From an uncultured Gammaproteobacteria bacterium (GTDB lineage: Bacteria > Pseudomonadota > Gammaproteobacteria > Steroidobacterales > MnTg04), in contig CAZMOM010000008.1 in the NCBI GenBank assembly GCA_964568075.1, positions 5,430 to 69,429 of the forward strand: DNA of 64,000 bases, written 5' to 3'. Under the pieces are notes generated by a model. The model saw nothing but the letters and a program-made list of their open reading frames with translations. It was not told the DNA's origin and did no database searches. Every line of letters starts with the position of its first letter. The first letter of the stretch is position 1. Shown here piece by piece: positions 33,545 to 43,665 of the stretch. The translations under genes were made by a program, and so were the position numbers.

Positions 33545-35572
33545 ATGAATGCAATTGCACAGGAATCCATGGCCGGCAGCGCCGTGTCCCAAAAGGCCAT
33601 GGCAAACGCGATTCGTTTCCTGGCCGCGGATGCGGTGCAACGTGCGAATTCAGGCCATCCCGGCATGCCAATGGGCATGGCGGATGTCGCGACGGTCCTG
33701 TTTACACGATTCCTCAAGTTCAATCCTGATGATCCGGACTGGCAGGATCGCGACCGGTTTGTACTTTCAGCCGGTCATGGGTCAATGCTGTTGTATTCGC
33801 TGTTGCATCTCACCGGATATCGGGCGGTGTCTATGGAAGAGATCAAGAACTTTCGCCAGATTGGCAGCGTAACGGCGGGACACCCCGAGTTCGGTCACGC
33901 GCCGGGCATCGAAACCACCACTGGTCCGCTGGGGCAAGGCATTACAACCGCAGTGGGCATGGCGCTGGCCGAGCGGATGCAGCAGGCACGATTCGGGGAC
34001 GACCTCGTCGACCATTACACTTATGTCATTGTCGGCGATGGTTGCCTGATGGAGGGCATCAGTCATGAGGCCATTTCGCTTGCCGGTCATCTTCGTCTTT
34101 CGCGGCTGATCGTTTTGTGGGACGACAACTCCATCAGTATCGACGGCTCGACCGACCTGTCTGTTTCGGACGACCAGTTAGCCCGATTCAAGGCGTCGGG
34201 CTGGCAGGTTGCTTCTGTCGACGGGCACGACCATGCAGCTATCGCCAATGCAATCGAAAATGCCCGCAAAGATAACCGCCCGTCATTCATTGCCTGCAGC
34301 ACGGTGATCGGATTTGGTGCGCCGAATAAAGCCGGTACAGCCGCCACTCATGGGGCTCCGCTCGGTGAAGATGAACTGGCAGCGAGCCGGGTGAATCTAA
34401 ACTGGCCGTATGCCCCGTTCGCCATACCGGATGATATCCAATTCGCGTGGCGCGCAGCCGGCACACGCAGTGCAGCTAGCTATGGTGATTGGCAGGAGCG
34501 TCTTGCTACCGCCAACGAGGAAAAGCGCCGTGAATTTCTCCGCACCACTGCAGGTGATTTGCCTGCCGGTTGGCAGGACGACATCAACGCATTCAAAAAG
34601 CGGCTTGCCGAAGAGCAGCCGACAATGGCAACCCGTAAAGCCTCGGGTGAAACGCTGAATATCCTGACTGCATCCATACCAGAATTGATCGGCGGATCCG
34701 CCGACCTAACAGGATCAGTCAACACCAAAACACCGCATACGGACCCGGTCACGGCGAACGACTTCAGCGGACGTTACCTGCATTACGGCGTTCGCGAGCA
34801 CGCCATGGCAGCGGTGATGAACGGCATCGCTTTGCACGGAGGCTTCATTCCCTACGGTGGCACGTTCCTGATCTTCGTCGATTATATGCGCGCTGCAATG
34901 CGCCTGTCGGCACTCACGCGACAGCGCGTCATCTATGTCTTGACTCACGATTCCATAGGCCTCGGTGAAGACGGACCGACGCATCAACCGGTAGAAACCC
35001 TGGCCATGTTGCGGGCGACGCCTAACTTCAATGTTTACCGGCCGGCAGATGCGACGGAAACCGCGGAATGCTGGGCGCTGGCATTACAGGACAGGAACAC
35101 GCCCTCGGGCCTCGCCCTGAGCCGACAGGGCTTACCCGCGCTGCGCACTGTGTATACCGATGATAACCTCTGCGCCCGCGGCGCTTACGTTCTGGCGGAG
35201 ACCGACAACGGTGAGCGCGAGGTAACCATCATGGCGACAGGCTCCGAAGTCAGCATCGCGATGGCTGCCAGAGACATCCTGCAAAGCGAAGGTATCGGCA
35301 CGGCTGTCGTTTCCATGCCGTGCTGGGAGCTATTCGAGAAACAGGATGCCACCTACAAGGACGAGGTGCTCGGGCCGGGGACCGTCGCCATTGGCCTCGA
35401 AGCGGCGGTCGGCTTCGGCTGGGACCGGTACATAGGCACTCGCGGCTGCTTTGTCGGCATGCAGGGTTTCGGCGCCTCGGCACCAGCAGCTGACCTATAC
35501 GAATACTTCGGCATAACAGCGGCTGCTGTTGTCGAGGCGGCAAAGACTTACCTGACAAGCGAAGACCGATAA
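33545..35572 (+). CDS. cbbT: Transketolase
   Basis: [71 protein letters not shown]. Confidence 0.95.
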   Translation: MNAIAQESMAGSAVSQKAMANAIRFLAADAVQRANSGHPGMPMGMADVATVLFTRFLKFNPDDPDWQDRDRFVLSAGHGSMLLYSLLHLTGYRAVSMEEIKNFRQIGSVTAGHPEFGHAPGIETTTGPLGQGITTAVGMALAERMQQARFGDDLVDHYTYVIVGDGCLMEGISHEAISLAGHLRLSRLIVLWDDNSISIDGSTDLSVSDDQLARFKASGWQVASVDGHDHAAIANAIENARKDNRPSFIACSTVIGFGAPNKAGTAATHGAPLGEDELAASRVNLNWPYAPFAIPDDIQFAWRAAGTRSAASYGDWQERLATANEEKRREFLRTTAGDLPAGWQDDINAFKKRLAEEQPTMATRKASGETLNILTASIPELIGGSADLTGSVNTKTPHTDPVTANDFSGRYLHYGVREHAMAAVMNGIALHGGFIPYGGTFLIFVDYMRAAMRLSALTRQRVIYVLTHDSIGLGEDGPTHQPVETLAMLRATPNFNVYRPADATETAECWALALQDRNTPSGLALSRQGLPALRTVYTDDNLCARGAYVLAETDNGEREVTIMATGSEVSIAMAARDILQSEGIGTAVVSMPCWELFEKQDATYKDEVLGPGTVAIGLEAAVGFGWDRYIGTRGCFVGMQGFGASAPAADLYEYFGITAAAVVEAAKTYLTSEDR

Positions 35573-35722
35573 CGAGAGGAAATCGACACGGCGGGACGTC
35601 AGTCAAAGAGCAAAGTTATTTCGTTGCCGCAGATGGTCGAACGGTACAAAAGCGGTGATTTAGAGCCGCAAACCGACCAAAGCCGGGTAGCGGCAGCATA
35701 GATTGAAAGAGGAGACAAGACG

Positions 35723-37102
35723 ATGGATCAATCCGATCGATATGCAGACCTGTCACTAGGTGAACAGGATCTGATTGCAGGCGGACAACATGTGTTGTGC
35801 GCCTACATTATGAAACCGAAAGCCGGTTACGAGTATCTAGCGACCGCTGCTCACTTTGCCGCAGAATCTTCAACCGGCACAAATGTGTCCGTCTCGACAA
35901 CGGATGATTTTACGCGCGGGGTCGATGCGCTCGTTTACGAAATCGACGAAGCGAACGAAGTCACGAAGATTGCCTACCCGGTGGAGTTGTTCGATCGGAA
36001 TATCATTGACGGACGAGCCATGATCGCCTCGTTCCTCACATTGACCATTGGCAACAACCAGGGCATGGGAGATGTCGAATACGCGAAGATGCACGACTTC
36101 TATATGCCGCATGACTTTCTGCGTCTTTTTGACGGACCATCGACGACGATATCCGATCTGTGGCGCGTGCTGGGCCGCCCGGTGGTTGACGGTGGCTTCA
36201 TCGTCGGGACCATAGTCAAACCCAAACTCGGTCTGCGGCCGGAACCGTTCGCGGAGGCGGCGCACCAGTTCTGGCTGGGCGGTGACTTTATCAAGAACGA
36301 TGAGCCGCAGGGCAACCAGCTCTTTGCACCGTTGAAAAAGACGATTTCGCTGGTTGCCGACGCAATGCGCCGGGCACAAGACGAGACCGGAGAAGCAAAA
36401 CTGTTTTCAGCAAACATCACCGCAGACGATCATTACGAAATGGTGGCCCGCGGTGAGTACATTCTCGAAACGTTTGCAGAAAACGCCGATCATGTGGCGT
36501 TCCTTGTTGACGGTTACGTCGCGGGCCCCGCAGCCATTACCACAGCACGGCGACGCTTCCCGAAGCAGTATCTGCACTATCATCGCGCTGGCCACGGCGC
36601 GGTAACGTCACCACAGTCAATGCGGGGATACACGGCATTCGTGCTCTCGAAGATGGCTCGCTTGCAGGGTGCTTCCGGTATTCATACCGGCACCATGAGC
36701 TTCGGCAAGATGGAAGGCGAAGCCAGCGACACCGACATGGCCTACATGATTCAAAGAGACAGCGCGGATGGTCCGTTCTATCACCAGGAATGGCTTGGTA
36801 TGAACCCAACCACACCGATCATCTCCGGCGGCATGAATGCGCTGCGCATGCCTGGATTCTTCACCAACCTTGGTCATTCGAATCTTATATTGACCGCCGG
36901 TGGTGGCAGCTATGGACATATCGACGGTCCCGCGGCCGGCGCCCGGTCCCTGCGACAGGCTGAACAGTGCTGGAAGGAAGGCGCCGATCCTGTTGCTTTC
37001 GCCAAAGAACATCATGAATTCGCCCGCGCTTTCGAGAGTTTCCCGAGCGATGCGGATCAGCTATTCCCGAATTGGCGTCAACAGCTGGGGCACGCCGCGT
37101 AG
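35723..37102 (+). CDS. cbbM: RuBisCO form II large subunit
   Basis: [12 protein letters not shown].., [49 protein letters not shown]; 459 aa with no small-subunit gene alongside. Confidence 0.95.
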   Translation: MDQSDRYADLSLGEQDLIAGGQHVLCAYIMKPKAGYEYLATAAHFAAESSTGTNVSVSTTDDFTRGVDALVYEIDEANEVTKIAYPVELFDRNIIDGRAMIASFLTLTIGNNQGMGDVEYAKMHDFYMPHDFLRLFDGPSTTISDLWRVLGRPVVDGGFIVGTIVKPKLGLRPEPFAEAAHQFWLGGDFIKNDEPQGNQLFAPLKKTISLVADAMRRAQDETGEAKLFSANITADDHYEMVARGEYILETFAENADHVAFLVDGYVAGPAAITTARRRFPKQYLHYHRAGHGAVTSPQSMRGYTAFVLSKMARLQGASGIHTGTMSFGKMEGEASDTDMAYMIQRDSADGPFYHQEWLGMNPTTPIISGGMNALRMPGFFTNLGHSNLILTAGGGSYGHIDGPAAGARSLRQAEQCWKEGADPVAFAKEHHEFARAFESFPSDADQLFPNWRQQLGHAA

Positions 37103-37114
37103 CGGCCTGGCATC

Positions 37115-37795
37115 ATGAACGGCTACCCGGCGGCAATCATTTGGGATCTGGACGGAACGCTGATCGATTCCGCAGCGGATCTCGCTCAGACACTGAATAC
37201 GCTGTTGCGCGAGCATGGTTGCGCGGGTCTCGAGGAGCATCAGGTCCGGACCATGATCGGCGACGGGGTCGCGAAACTGATCGAACTAGGATTCAGGGCT
37301 GCCGGCGTTACAATATGCGGACCGCAATTGCAGAATATGATCCCGCGCTTCATGCTGCTCTATTCGGTACGCGCAACAAACAAAACCCGTCTTTATCCCG
37401 GGGCCCGATCGGTATTGCAGCACTTTTCCGATTCCGGCGTACGACAAGGTATATGCACCAATAAACCCGAAGATATCACTAGGCAGATTCTTTCGAACCT
37501 CTCGGTTTCCGACCACTTCGACATCGTGGTCGGTGGCGACACCGTCGCCGCGAAAAAACCGGATCCGCTCCCGCTTCGATCCTGCCTTGAGGCGCTGGAC
37601 GTAAAACCACGAAAATGCGTAATGATCGGCGACTCAGCCGTCGATGTAGCGACCGCGCGCGCGATAAATATGCCTGTCGGCGTGGTCAGTTATGGTTACG
37701 CCCGTAGAGCCGCCAGGACCCTCGGTGCGGACTTCGTAATCGACAAATTATCCTCGTTGCCGGCGTCCATCGGCGAGCTGCAAAAAGCAGGTTAG
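37115..37795 (+). CDS. cbbZ: Phosphoglycolate phosphatase (HAD family)
   Basis: IIWDLDGTLIDS motif I, CTNKP motif II, GDSAVDVATARA motif IV. Sits after cbbM, the usual position. Confidence 0.88.
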   Translation: MNGYPAAIIWDLDGTLIDSAADLAQTLNTLLREHGCAGLEEHQVRTMIGDGVAKLIELGFRAAGVTICGPQLQNMIPRFMLLYSVRATNKTRLYPGARSVLQHFSDSGVRQGICTNKPEDITRQILSNLSVSDHFDIVVGGDTVAAKKPDPLPLRSCLEALDVKPRKCVMIGDSAVDVATARAINMPVGVVSYGYARRAARTLGADFVIDKLSSLPASIGELQKAG

Positions 37796-37800
37796 AAACA

Positions 37801-38550
37801 ATCATATTTAAAGCAATTATTTTTGATGTCGACGGTACTCTCGCCGAAACCGAGGAGATTCATCGCGCGGCCTTCAATCAGGCCTTTAAAATATATGGCT
37901 TGCCCTGGCACTGGGATTGGTTGGCTTATCGACAATTACTCAAAGTAACCGGCGGCAAAGAGCGTATCCGTCTTTTTATCAGGCAGCATAAATCGGACTG
38001 CCCGCAGATGGCTGATATCGAGGGCTTTATTCGCGACATCCACAAAACGAAAACAGAAATATATACGCAAATGATCACGAGCGGCGAAGCGGAATTCCGT
38101 CCCGGTATCAGGCAGTTGATAAGAAAGGCAATCGAAGACGAAACGCGACTGGCGATTGCCACGACCACCAGTGCACCCAATGTGGATGCCTTATTGCGAT
38201 CTGAATTCGGCAGCGAAGGCCCCGGGATTTTTGAAGTGATTTGTACCGCCGACAGTGTAGCGAAGAAAAAACCAGCGCCTGATGTCTATCTTCTGACACT
38301 GGAAATGCTGGGCCTTCCAGCGGATGCCTGCGTGGCCATCGAGGACTCCCGCAATGGCCTATTGTCATCATCCGGCGCCGGTATTCCAACTGTTGTTACG
38401 CCCAGCGTATACACCAACGACGACAGTTTCGACGAAGCCATACTGGTAACAGACGAACTCAGTGACGTCGATTTCAGGGCAGTTTTCGCAGACACGCGAA
38501 ACGAAATTGCGGCAGAGAGCACTGCAGAGGACGTGTTTCTACAGCAATAA
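37801..38550 (+). CDS. cbbY: CbbY-type HAD phosphatase (xylulose-1,5-bisphosphate phosphatase-like); apparent non-canonical ATC/ATA start
   Basis: The in-frame translation from 37801 reads IIFKAIIFDVDGTLAETEEIHRAAFNQAF, the CbbY N-terminus including catalytic motif I. The first ATG/GTG/TTG in this frame is TTG 37900, downstream of that motif. Confidence 0.8.
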   Translation: MIFKAIIFDVDGTLAETEEIHRAAFNQAFKIYGLPWHWDWLAYRQLLKVTGGKERIRLFIRQHKSDCPQMADIEGFIRDIHKTKTEIYTQMITSGEAEFRPGIRQLIRKAIEDETRLAIATTTSAPNVDALLRSEFGSEGPGIFEVICTADSVAKKKPAPDVYLLTLEMLGLPADACVAIEDSRNGLLSSSGAGIPTVVTPSVYTNDDSFDEAILVTDELSDVDFRAVFADTRNEIAAESTAEDVFLQQ

Positions 38551-38570
38551 AAACCCCGCCGAAGCGGGGT
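38548..38570 (-). terminator. Terminator hairpin between the convergent cbbY and DUF1097 genes
   Basis: ACCCCGC-TTCG-GCGGGGT followed by TTTTT on the minus strand. The same hairpin on the plus strand lacks a U-tract. Confidence 0.55.
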
Positions 38571-38677
38571 AAAGACTGAAGATATCCTAATGGACACTCG
38601 GGTTTTCGAGTTGATTCTTATCCCGAGTAGTTATTATTAAATACTACAATTGGATAGACTTCATAACTGGCTAATTG

Positions 38678-39196
38678 TTAGTCACTACTCGCCAGGATTC
38701 CTCCAAGCTTTCCAGACAGCAAGCCAAAGAAAGCACCAACGACCAATGAGACTGCAACGACAACAAGGGCATTACTAAAATTAGCCCCTGTCAAAGTACT
38801 CATTTCCAATGCACCGTCGGTCTGTAGTAGATAAGCAGCTGTGGCAGCATAGCCGTAAACACTGGCCGGGATGGAATCAAGCGCTGGGAGATGCGCAGCT
38901 AAGCACATTCCCAGGACCGTCAAACCAACAGCTATGGCCGCACCTACAGCCCCCAAACCTCCCAAAGGGGTACCCATCAATATGATGGCCATAATCCACG
39001 CGCAAACAGCACCAAAGACATTACAAGTGATGGTTTTTTTGAGTGCTGCGGTGTCACCGCCTATAGCGAAAAAGGTGGCCCAACCGATGAATATGCCCCA
39101 AATCAGAATTATTCCTGCTAGCGGACCCAATGCCAAATATGTAGCGACGCCGCCAAGGACCCCAATACTTACACAAAGTGCAATTAAACTAGTCAT
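38678..39196 (-). CDS. DUF1097-family inner-membrane protein
   Basis: About 170 aa, 5-6 TM helices, N-terminus like YcdZ/DUF1097 (LIALCVSIGVLGGVATYLALGPLAG). ATG 39196 is preceded by GGGAGA. Confidence 0.7.
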   Translation of the reverse strand: MTSLIALCVSIGVLGGVATYLALGPLAGIILIWGIFIGWATFFAIGGDTAALKKTITCNVFGAVCAWIMAIILMGTPLGGLGAVGAAIAVGLTVLGMCLAAHLPALDSIPASVYGYAATAAYLLQTDGALEMSTLTGANFSNALVVVAVSLVVGAFFGLLSGKLGGILASSD

Positions 39197-39689
39197 ATGG
39201 TTTTTCTCCCTTTTTATCAATTGATGGACCATTCTTATGGCCGGTTGTGAAGCGATCATTGCTTTTTGCTACCGCCCAAACAGGCACCAAAACACCAGCA
39301 GTCAACGCCAGCCCAGCTGCCAGTCTACTTCTTATCTGAATCATTGATTTTACTCCCATGCCGGGGGGCTGTTCACGACTTGTCCGGGGAAGCGAGGACC
39401 CGTGGCTTCCCGTCTCCGTCTTTAGGCGGGTTCGCCTTTTTGTTGTTACCTCTTAACCATAGTTGAGAATTGGTAGATTGCCAGTCAGTTAACCCAATCG
39501 GGCAATATCCGCGCCCCGATAATGTCTGAACCGCCCCGGGTATTCCGGAGACTCCATTTTTTGCGAGGATGATTTATAAACACAGCAAAACGAAATTCCC
39601 CGGAAGTACGGGAGCGAGCGGTTCGGATGGTGCCGGACCCATGTCGGCAAGGCACTTGGCAGCTTATACATGCTAAAATCGCTGCAAAT

Positions 39690-42065
39690 ATGCATAACAG
39701 CGAATCGGGCCATCGGAACAGTGTCAGCATGCCGCCTCCTCTAGCATCAGTCGCTCTTATCGGCTCGTACCTGCCGAGACAGTGTGGTATCGCCACGTTT
39801 ACGACTGATCTTGCCACCGCGATTGTCGACAACGATCCAAACATTGACTGCACTATCGTAGCCATGAATGATCGGCGTGAGGGGTACGAGTATCCGGAAG
39901 CGGTCAAATTTCAGATCAGCCAGGACAAACTGAATGAATACCGTCGCGCTGCCGATTTCCTGAACCTGCGTGATCCGGATGTGGTTTGTCTGCAACACGA
40001 ATACGGAATATTCGGTGGTCAACGCGGCAGCTTCATTATCGAACTCGCCCGGAACTTGAAAAGCCCCTTGATAACCACCTTGCACACAATATTGAGAAAT
40101 CCATCAGCAGAGGAACGGACGATCATCAAGCAGTTATCGGAACTGTCCTATCGATTCGTGGTCATGAGTGAGCGCGGTGCCGATTTTCTTAGAGATATAT
40201 ATCAAGTTCCAGCGAGCAAGATAGCGCTCATCCATCATGGAATTCCCGATGTGCCTTTTCTGGACCCGGATCCGTGTAAGAGCAAGGTCGCTGCAGACGA
40301 CAAAATCGTGATCCTGACATTTGGCCTGCTCTCGCCCGGCAAGGGTATCGAGTTTATGATTGATGCCTTGCCGAACATCGTCAGCTCACATCCGGAAGTG
40401 CTCTATTTCGTGGTTGGCGCCACTCATCCAAACTGCAGGACCGAAAGTGGCGAGGCCTATCGCCTGAGTTTGCACCGCCGGGCAAAGGAACTGGGCGTGG
40501 CCGACAACATTGTGTTCCATGATCGATTCTTGGAGCGAGATGAATTGCTTGAGATCATTCGGGCTGCCGATATCTATGTCACCCCGTACCTGAATGAGGC
40601 TCAGATTGTATCCGGAACGCTCGCCTACGCGGTGGGAGCTGGAAAAGCCGTCGTCTCCACCCCGTATTGGCATGCAAAGGAGATGTTGGCTGATGGTCGA
40701 GGCAGGCTCGTACCATTTAAAGATCACATGGCTTTGGCGCACGAGATAAATCAACTTCTGGACTTTCCAGAGGAGCGACTCAAGATGCGCCGTGCAGCTT
40801 ACGAATATTCCCGACCCATGGTGATGAGGGAGATGGGCCGCCGGTATCTGGAATTGTTTTTACAAGCCAAGACGCAACATACGCGTATAGGCGACCTGCC
40901 GGTACTCGATACGCTGAGTCAGCGCGATCAGCGACTGCCGCAGATCAATTTGAAGCATCTCCGCCATATGACAGATCACACCGGCATACTCCAGCACGCG
41001 AAATTCACGGTTCCAAACCGCGCCCACGGCTACTGTGTCGACGACAATGCTCGGGCACTCATCGTTGTTACCAGAGCGCATGATCTGGATAGAACCGATA
41101 CCTCACTGACGGAATTGTCTTCCATTTATCTCAGTTTTCTGGATGATGCTTTCGATTCGGAAACCGGGCGATTTCACAATTTCATGTCGTACGATCGTAA
41201 ATGGCTGGACACCATTGGATCGGAGGATTCTCACGGCCGCGCGTTGTGGGCGCTGGGCACGATGGCAGGCTGGGGCCAAAATTCAGGTCAAGTCGCGCTC
41301 GCCACTAAACTCTTCCACGATGCGCTGCCGGCACTGGAAAACTTTTCGGATTCGCGTGCCATAGCATTCCCTATCCTTGGGATTCAAGCGTACCTCCGCC
41401 GGCACGACGACGATCACCAAGTCCGCGAGCTGATCAAATCGCTGGGCGAGACACTCTGGACCCGCTTCAGACAGCACGCCACCAAAGACTGGCAATGGTA
41501 CGAATCGATACTGACCTACGACAATGCACGCCTGCCCGAAGCATTGATGGTCTGTGGTCGCGTTACCAACGATGATGACATGGTGAAGACCGGTATCGAG
41601 GTACTCGAATGGTTGAGAGGCATTCAGCTCGATTCATCAGGCGAGTGGTTTGCACCGGTGGGTAATCAGGGTTGGTTCCACGAATCCGGCAGCAAGGCGC
41701 AATACGATCAACAGCCCCTCGAAGCAGCCGCCATGATCGGCGCCTGTATTGAAGCCTACGAATGTACGCAGCACGAGGAATGGGTTCAACTGGCATCGGT
41801 CTGCTTCAACTGGTATCTGGGTAAGAATGATCAACAAACCCAACTTTATGATCATACCAGTGGTGGATGCCGCGACGGGCTCACACGCGACGGGGCCAAT
41901 GAGAATCAGGGTGCGGAGTCAACACTGTCGTACCTGGCCTCCTTACTCGCCATTTATAATCTCCGCGGATTGACAGCGAACCATCGGGACGTTAAGAAGC
42001 CGGCGTTGGAAAAATATCTCGCGGAAAACACTAAGACGCAGCTCAAGTCTGCGGGTGCTCCTTAA
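39690..42065 (+). CDS. Bifunctional-looking GT4 glycosyltransferase fused to a C-terminal six-hairpin (alpha/alpha)6 glycosidase-like domain
   Basis: N-terminal GT-B/GT4 part (VALIGSYLPRQCGIATFTTDL, LQHEYGIFGG, E-x7-E region YVTPYLNEAQIVSGTLAYAVGAGKAVVSTP). The C-terminal part of about 400 aa has YDNARLPEAL and NENQGAESTLSYL. Start could be 39690 or 39729. Confidence 0.75.
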   Translation: MHNSESGHRNSVSMPPPLASVALIGSYLPRQCGIATFTTDLATAIVDNDPNIDCTIVAMNDRREGYEYPEAVKFQISQDKLNEYRRAADFLNLRDPDVVCLQHEYGIFGGQRGSFIIELARNLKSPLITTLHTILRNPSAEERTIIKQLSELSYRFVVMSERGADFLRDIYQVPASKIALIHHGIPDVPFLDPDPCKSKVAADDKIVILTFGLLSPGKGIEFMIDALPNIVSSHPEVLYFVVGATHPNCRTESGEAYRLSLHRRAKELGVADNIVFHDRFLERDELLEIIRAADIYVTPYLNEAQIVSGTLAYAVGAGKAVVSTPYWHAKEMLADGRGRLVPFKDHMALAHEINQLLDFPEERLKMRRAAYEYSRPMVMREMGRRYLELFLQAKTQHTRIGDLPVLDTLSQRDQRLPQINLKHLRHMTDHTGILQHAKFTVPNRAHGYCVDDNARALIVVTRAHDLDRTDTSLTELSSIYLSFLDDAFDSETGRFHNFMSYDRKWLDTIGSEDSHGRALWALGTMAGWGQNSGQVALATKLFHDALPALENFSDSRAIAFPILGIQAYLRRHDDDHQVRELIKSLGETLWTRFRQHATKDWQWYESILTYDNARLPEALMVCGRVTNDDDMVKTGIEVLEWLRGIQLDSSGEWFAPVGNQGWFHESGSKAQYDQQPLEAAAMIGACIEAYECTQHEEWVQLASVCFNWYLGKNDQQTQLYDHTSGGCRDGLTRDGANENQGAESTLSYLASLLAIYNLRGLTANHRDVKKPALEKYLAENTKTQLKSAGAP

Positions 42066-43527
42066 GACGGCGTAACAATTCGGGAATCGAAACGGTGGCA
42101 ACTCTGCAGCGTTGATCAGCAATGCCATAAGGGACAATCAACGCGTCCCCATGACTCATACTTCCGCAAGAATAGACCACATTGGGCACATAGCCGTCCC
42201 GCTCATGCTCATCAGGTGTCAGTATCGGTTCGTCTAGCCGGCCGATGACCTTGGACGGATCGTCAATGTCCAGCAGCTCGGCCCACATGCTGTATTTCCG
42301 CATCGGTCCGACACCATGGAAAAGCGCGAGCCATCCCTCGGACGTTTCCACCGGCGAGCCACAGTTGCCAACCTGAACGAACTCCAGCGGATGAACGGGC
42401 TCCTGAAGGAGCTCTGCCTCGTTCCAGAAACGAAGGCTGTCCGAGAACATGATGTAGTTATTAACGCCGTCCTGGCGTGACAACATCGCGTACTGTCCAT
42501 TGATCTTCCTGGGAAACAACGCCATACCCTTATTCTGTGCGGCTTTGCCACTGAGTGTGTGCATCTTGAAGGTCAGGAAGTCGGTAGTCTCGAGAATCTG
42601 CGGCAGTATGTCAAAACCATTGTATGCGGTATAAGTGGCATAGTAGACGACTGATTTATCATCATCCTCGAAACGCACAAACCGAGCATCCTCGATGCCT
42701 GCGCTCTCGTTTTCCGACACCGGAAAGATCACTCTCTCAGAGATCTGTGAATCAGGGCGGAATATCACTTCGTAATTGGACCGAGCCAGCCACATCGCCG
42801 TATCAATCGCGTGGTGTTTGTCCCTCAGTCGAAACTTGGTCGAGCGGAGATTGCGTATTTGTGTTTCCAGCTCATCAAACGTAAACGTCTCGTCTAATCC
42901 TTCCAACAGGTGATTCGTGAGCCGGTCGCGTACTCCCATCTCTTCGAGTTTTCGTCGAAAATGAAGACGGTGGTAAACGGGGTCTGTGTGCGTCTCAGGC
43001 GTGGCAACGTATTGGCTGATGGGATCGAAATAGATGTCCTGGTTTTCGTCAACGATTCCGCTACGAAATTCGATCGAGGACAGATGACCTTCGCCGGTCG
43101 CTCTGAAGCTCATGACGAATCGCTTCGATCCCTTGTCCACGCCTTTCTGATCGGGGTGCGGAACGATAGAAGGATTAAAGAACGCGGCTGCCTCAACTGA
43201 ATACTCTGCGGTAAAGTAGGCACCAAGCAAAAGCCGTTGCTCGGACGACAACGAGAGACGTTTCGGGACATGTTCTGCAATACGATTAAAGTTTCTCTCC
43301 AGGACCTCTCGAAAGTTCCGGTGGCGCCCTGAGAAGTCCTGGAATACAGCCTCCAGCAAGTGATGGACGTCTTCGTCGCTCAGCTTTGCGACGCGTTCGA
43401 TCAGGCTCTTGCTGCGTGCCTTGTCTCCTGGAATATGCGGCCGGGTAATAACGCGTGAGCTCTCGGCGTTCAGCAACGTTGACCGCCGTTTGACCAGTTG
43501 CTCGCGTTTTTCGCCAACTCCCATCAA
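42043..43527 (-). CDS. GH130-family glycoside phosphorylase-like protein with an N-terminal extension of about 200 aa
   Basis: C-terminal beta-propeller part (EDARFVRFEDDDKSVVYYATYTAYNG, KGMALFPRKINGQYAML, GWLALFHGVG, YVPNVVYSCG). No signal peptide. The 3' end overlaps the convergent GT4 gene by 23 nt. Confidence 0.75.
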   Translation of the reverse strand: MMGVGEKREQLVKRRSTLLNAESSRVITRPHIPGDKARSKSLIERVAKLSDEDVHHLLEAVFQDFSGRHRNFREVLERNFNRIAEHVPKRLSLSSEQRLLLGAYFTAEYSVEAAAFFNPSIVPHPDQKGVDKGSKRFVMSFRATGEGHLSSIEFRSGIVDENQDIYFDPISQYVATPETHTDPVYHRLHFRRKLEEMGVRDRLTNHLLEGLDETFTFDELETQIRNLRSTKFRLRDKHHAIDTAMWLARSNYEVIFRPDSQISERVIFPVSENESAGIEDARFVRFEDDDKSVVYYATYTAYNGFDILPQILETTDFLTFKMHTLSGKAAQNKGMALFPRKINGQYAMLSRQDGVNNYIMFSDSLRFWNEAELLQEPVHPLEFVQVGNCGSPVETSEGWLALFHGVGPMRKYSMWAELLDIDDPSKVIGRLDEPILTPDEHERDGYVPNVVYSCGSMSHGDALIVPYGIADQRCRVATVSIPELLRRLKEHPQT

Positions 43528-43665
43528 TTGATTGCGCCCCGATTTAAATTGACTAACAATGGTCCTGGGTAAGTGGCCCGGGTTCAGACGGTGCGGATTA
43601 TAGCCGCGAAGGCCGCCAGAAGCATGTATTACAATTCACACTTCTGAGAATCACGAGTTTTGAGC

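Noticed and set aside
39360-39450. Possible riboswitch upstream of the DUF1097 gene. Compared by eye with the guanidine-I/II/III, fluoride, glycine, Mn and ZTP consensus sequences.
   Set aside because: None of the conserved cores matched. Only generic hairpins are present, which are kept as a low-interest note within the small-ORF finding.
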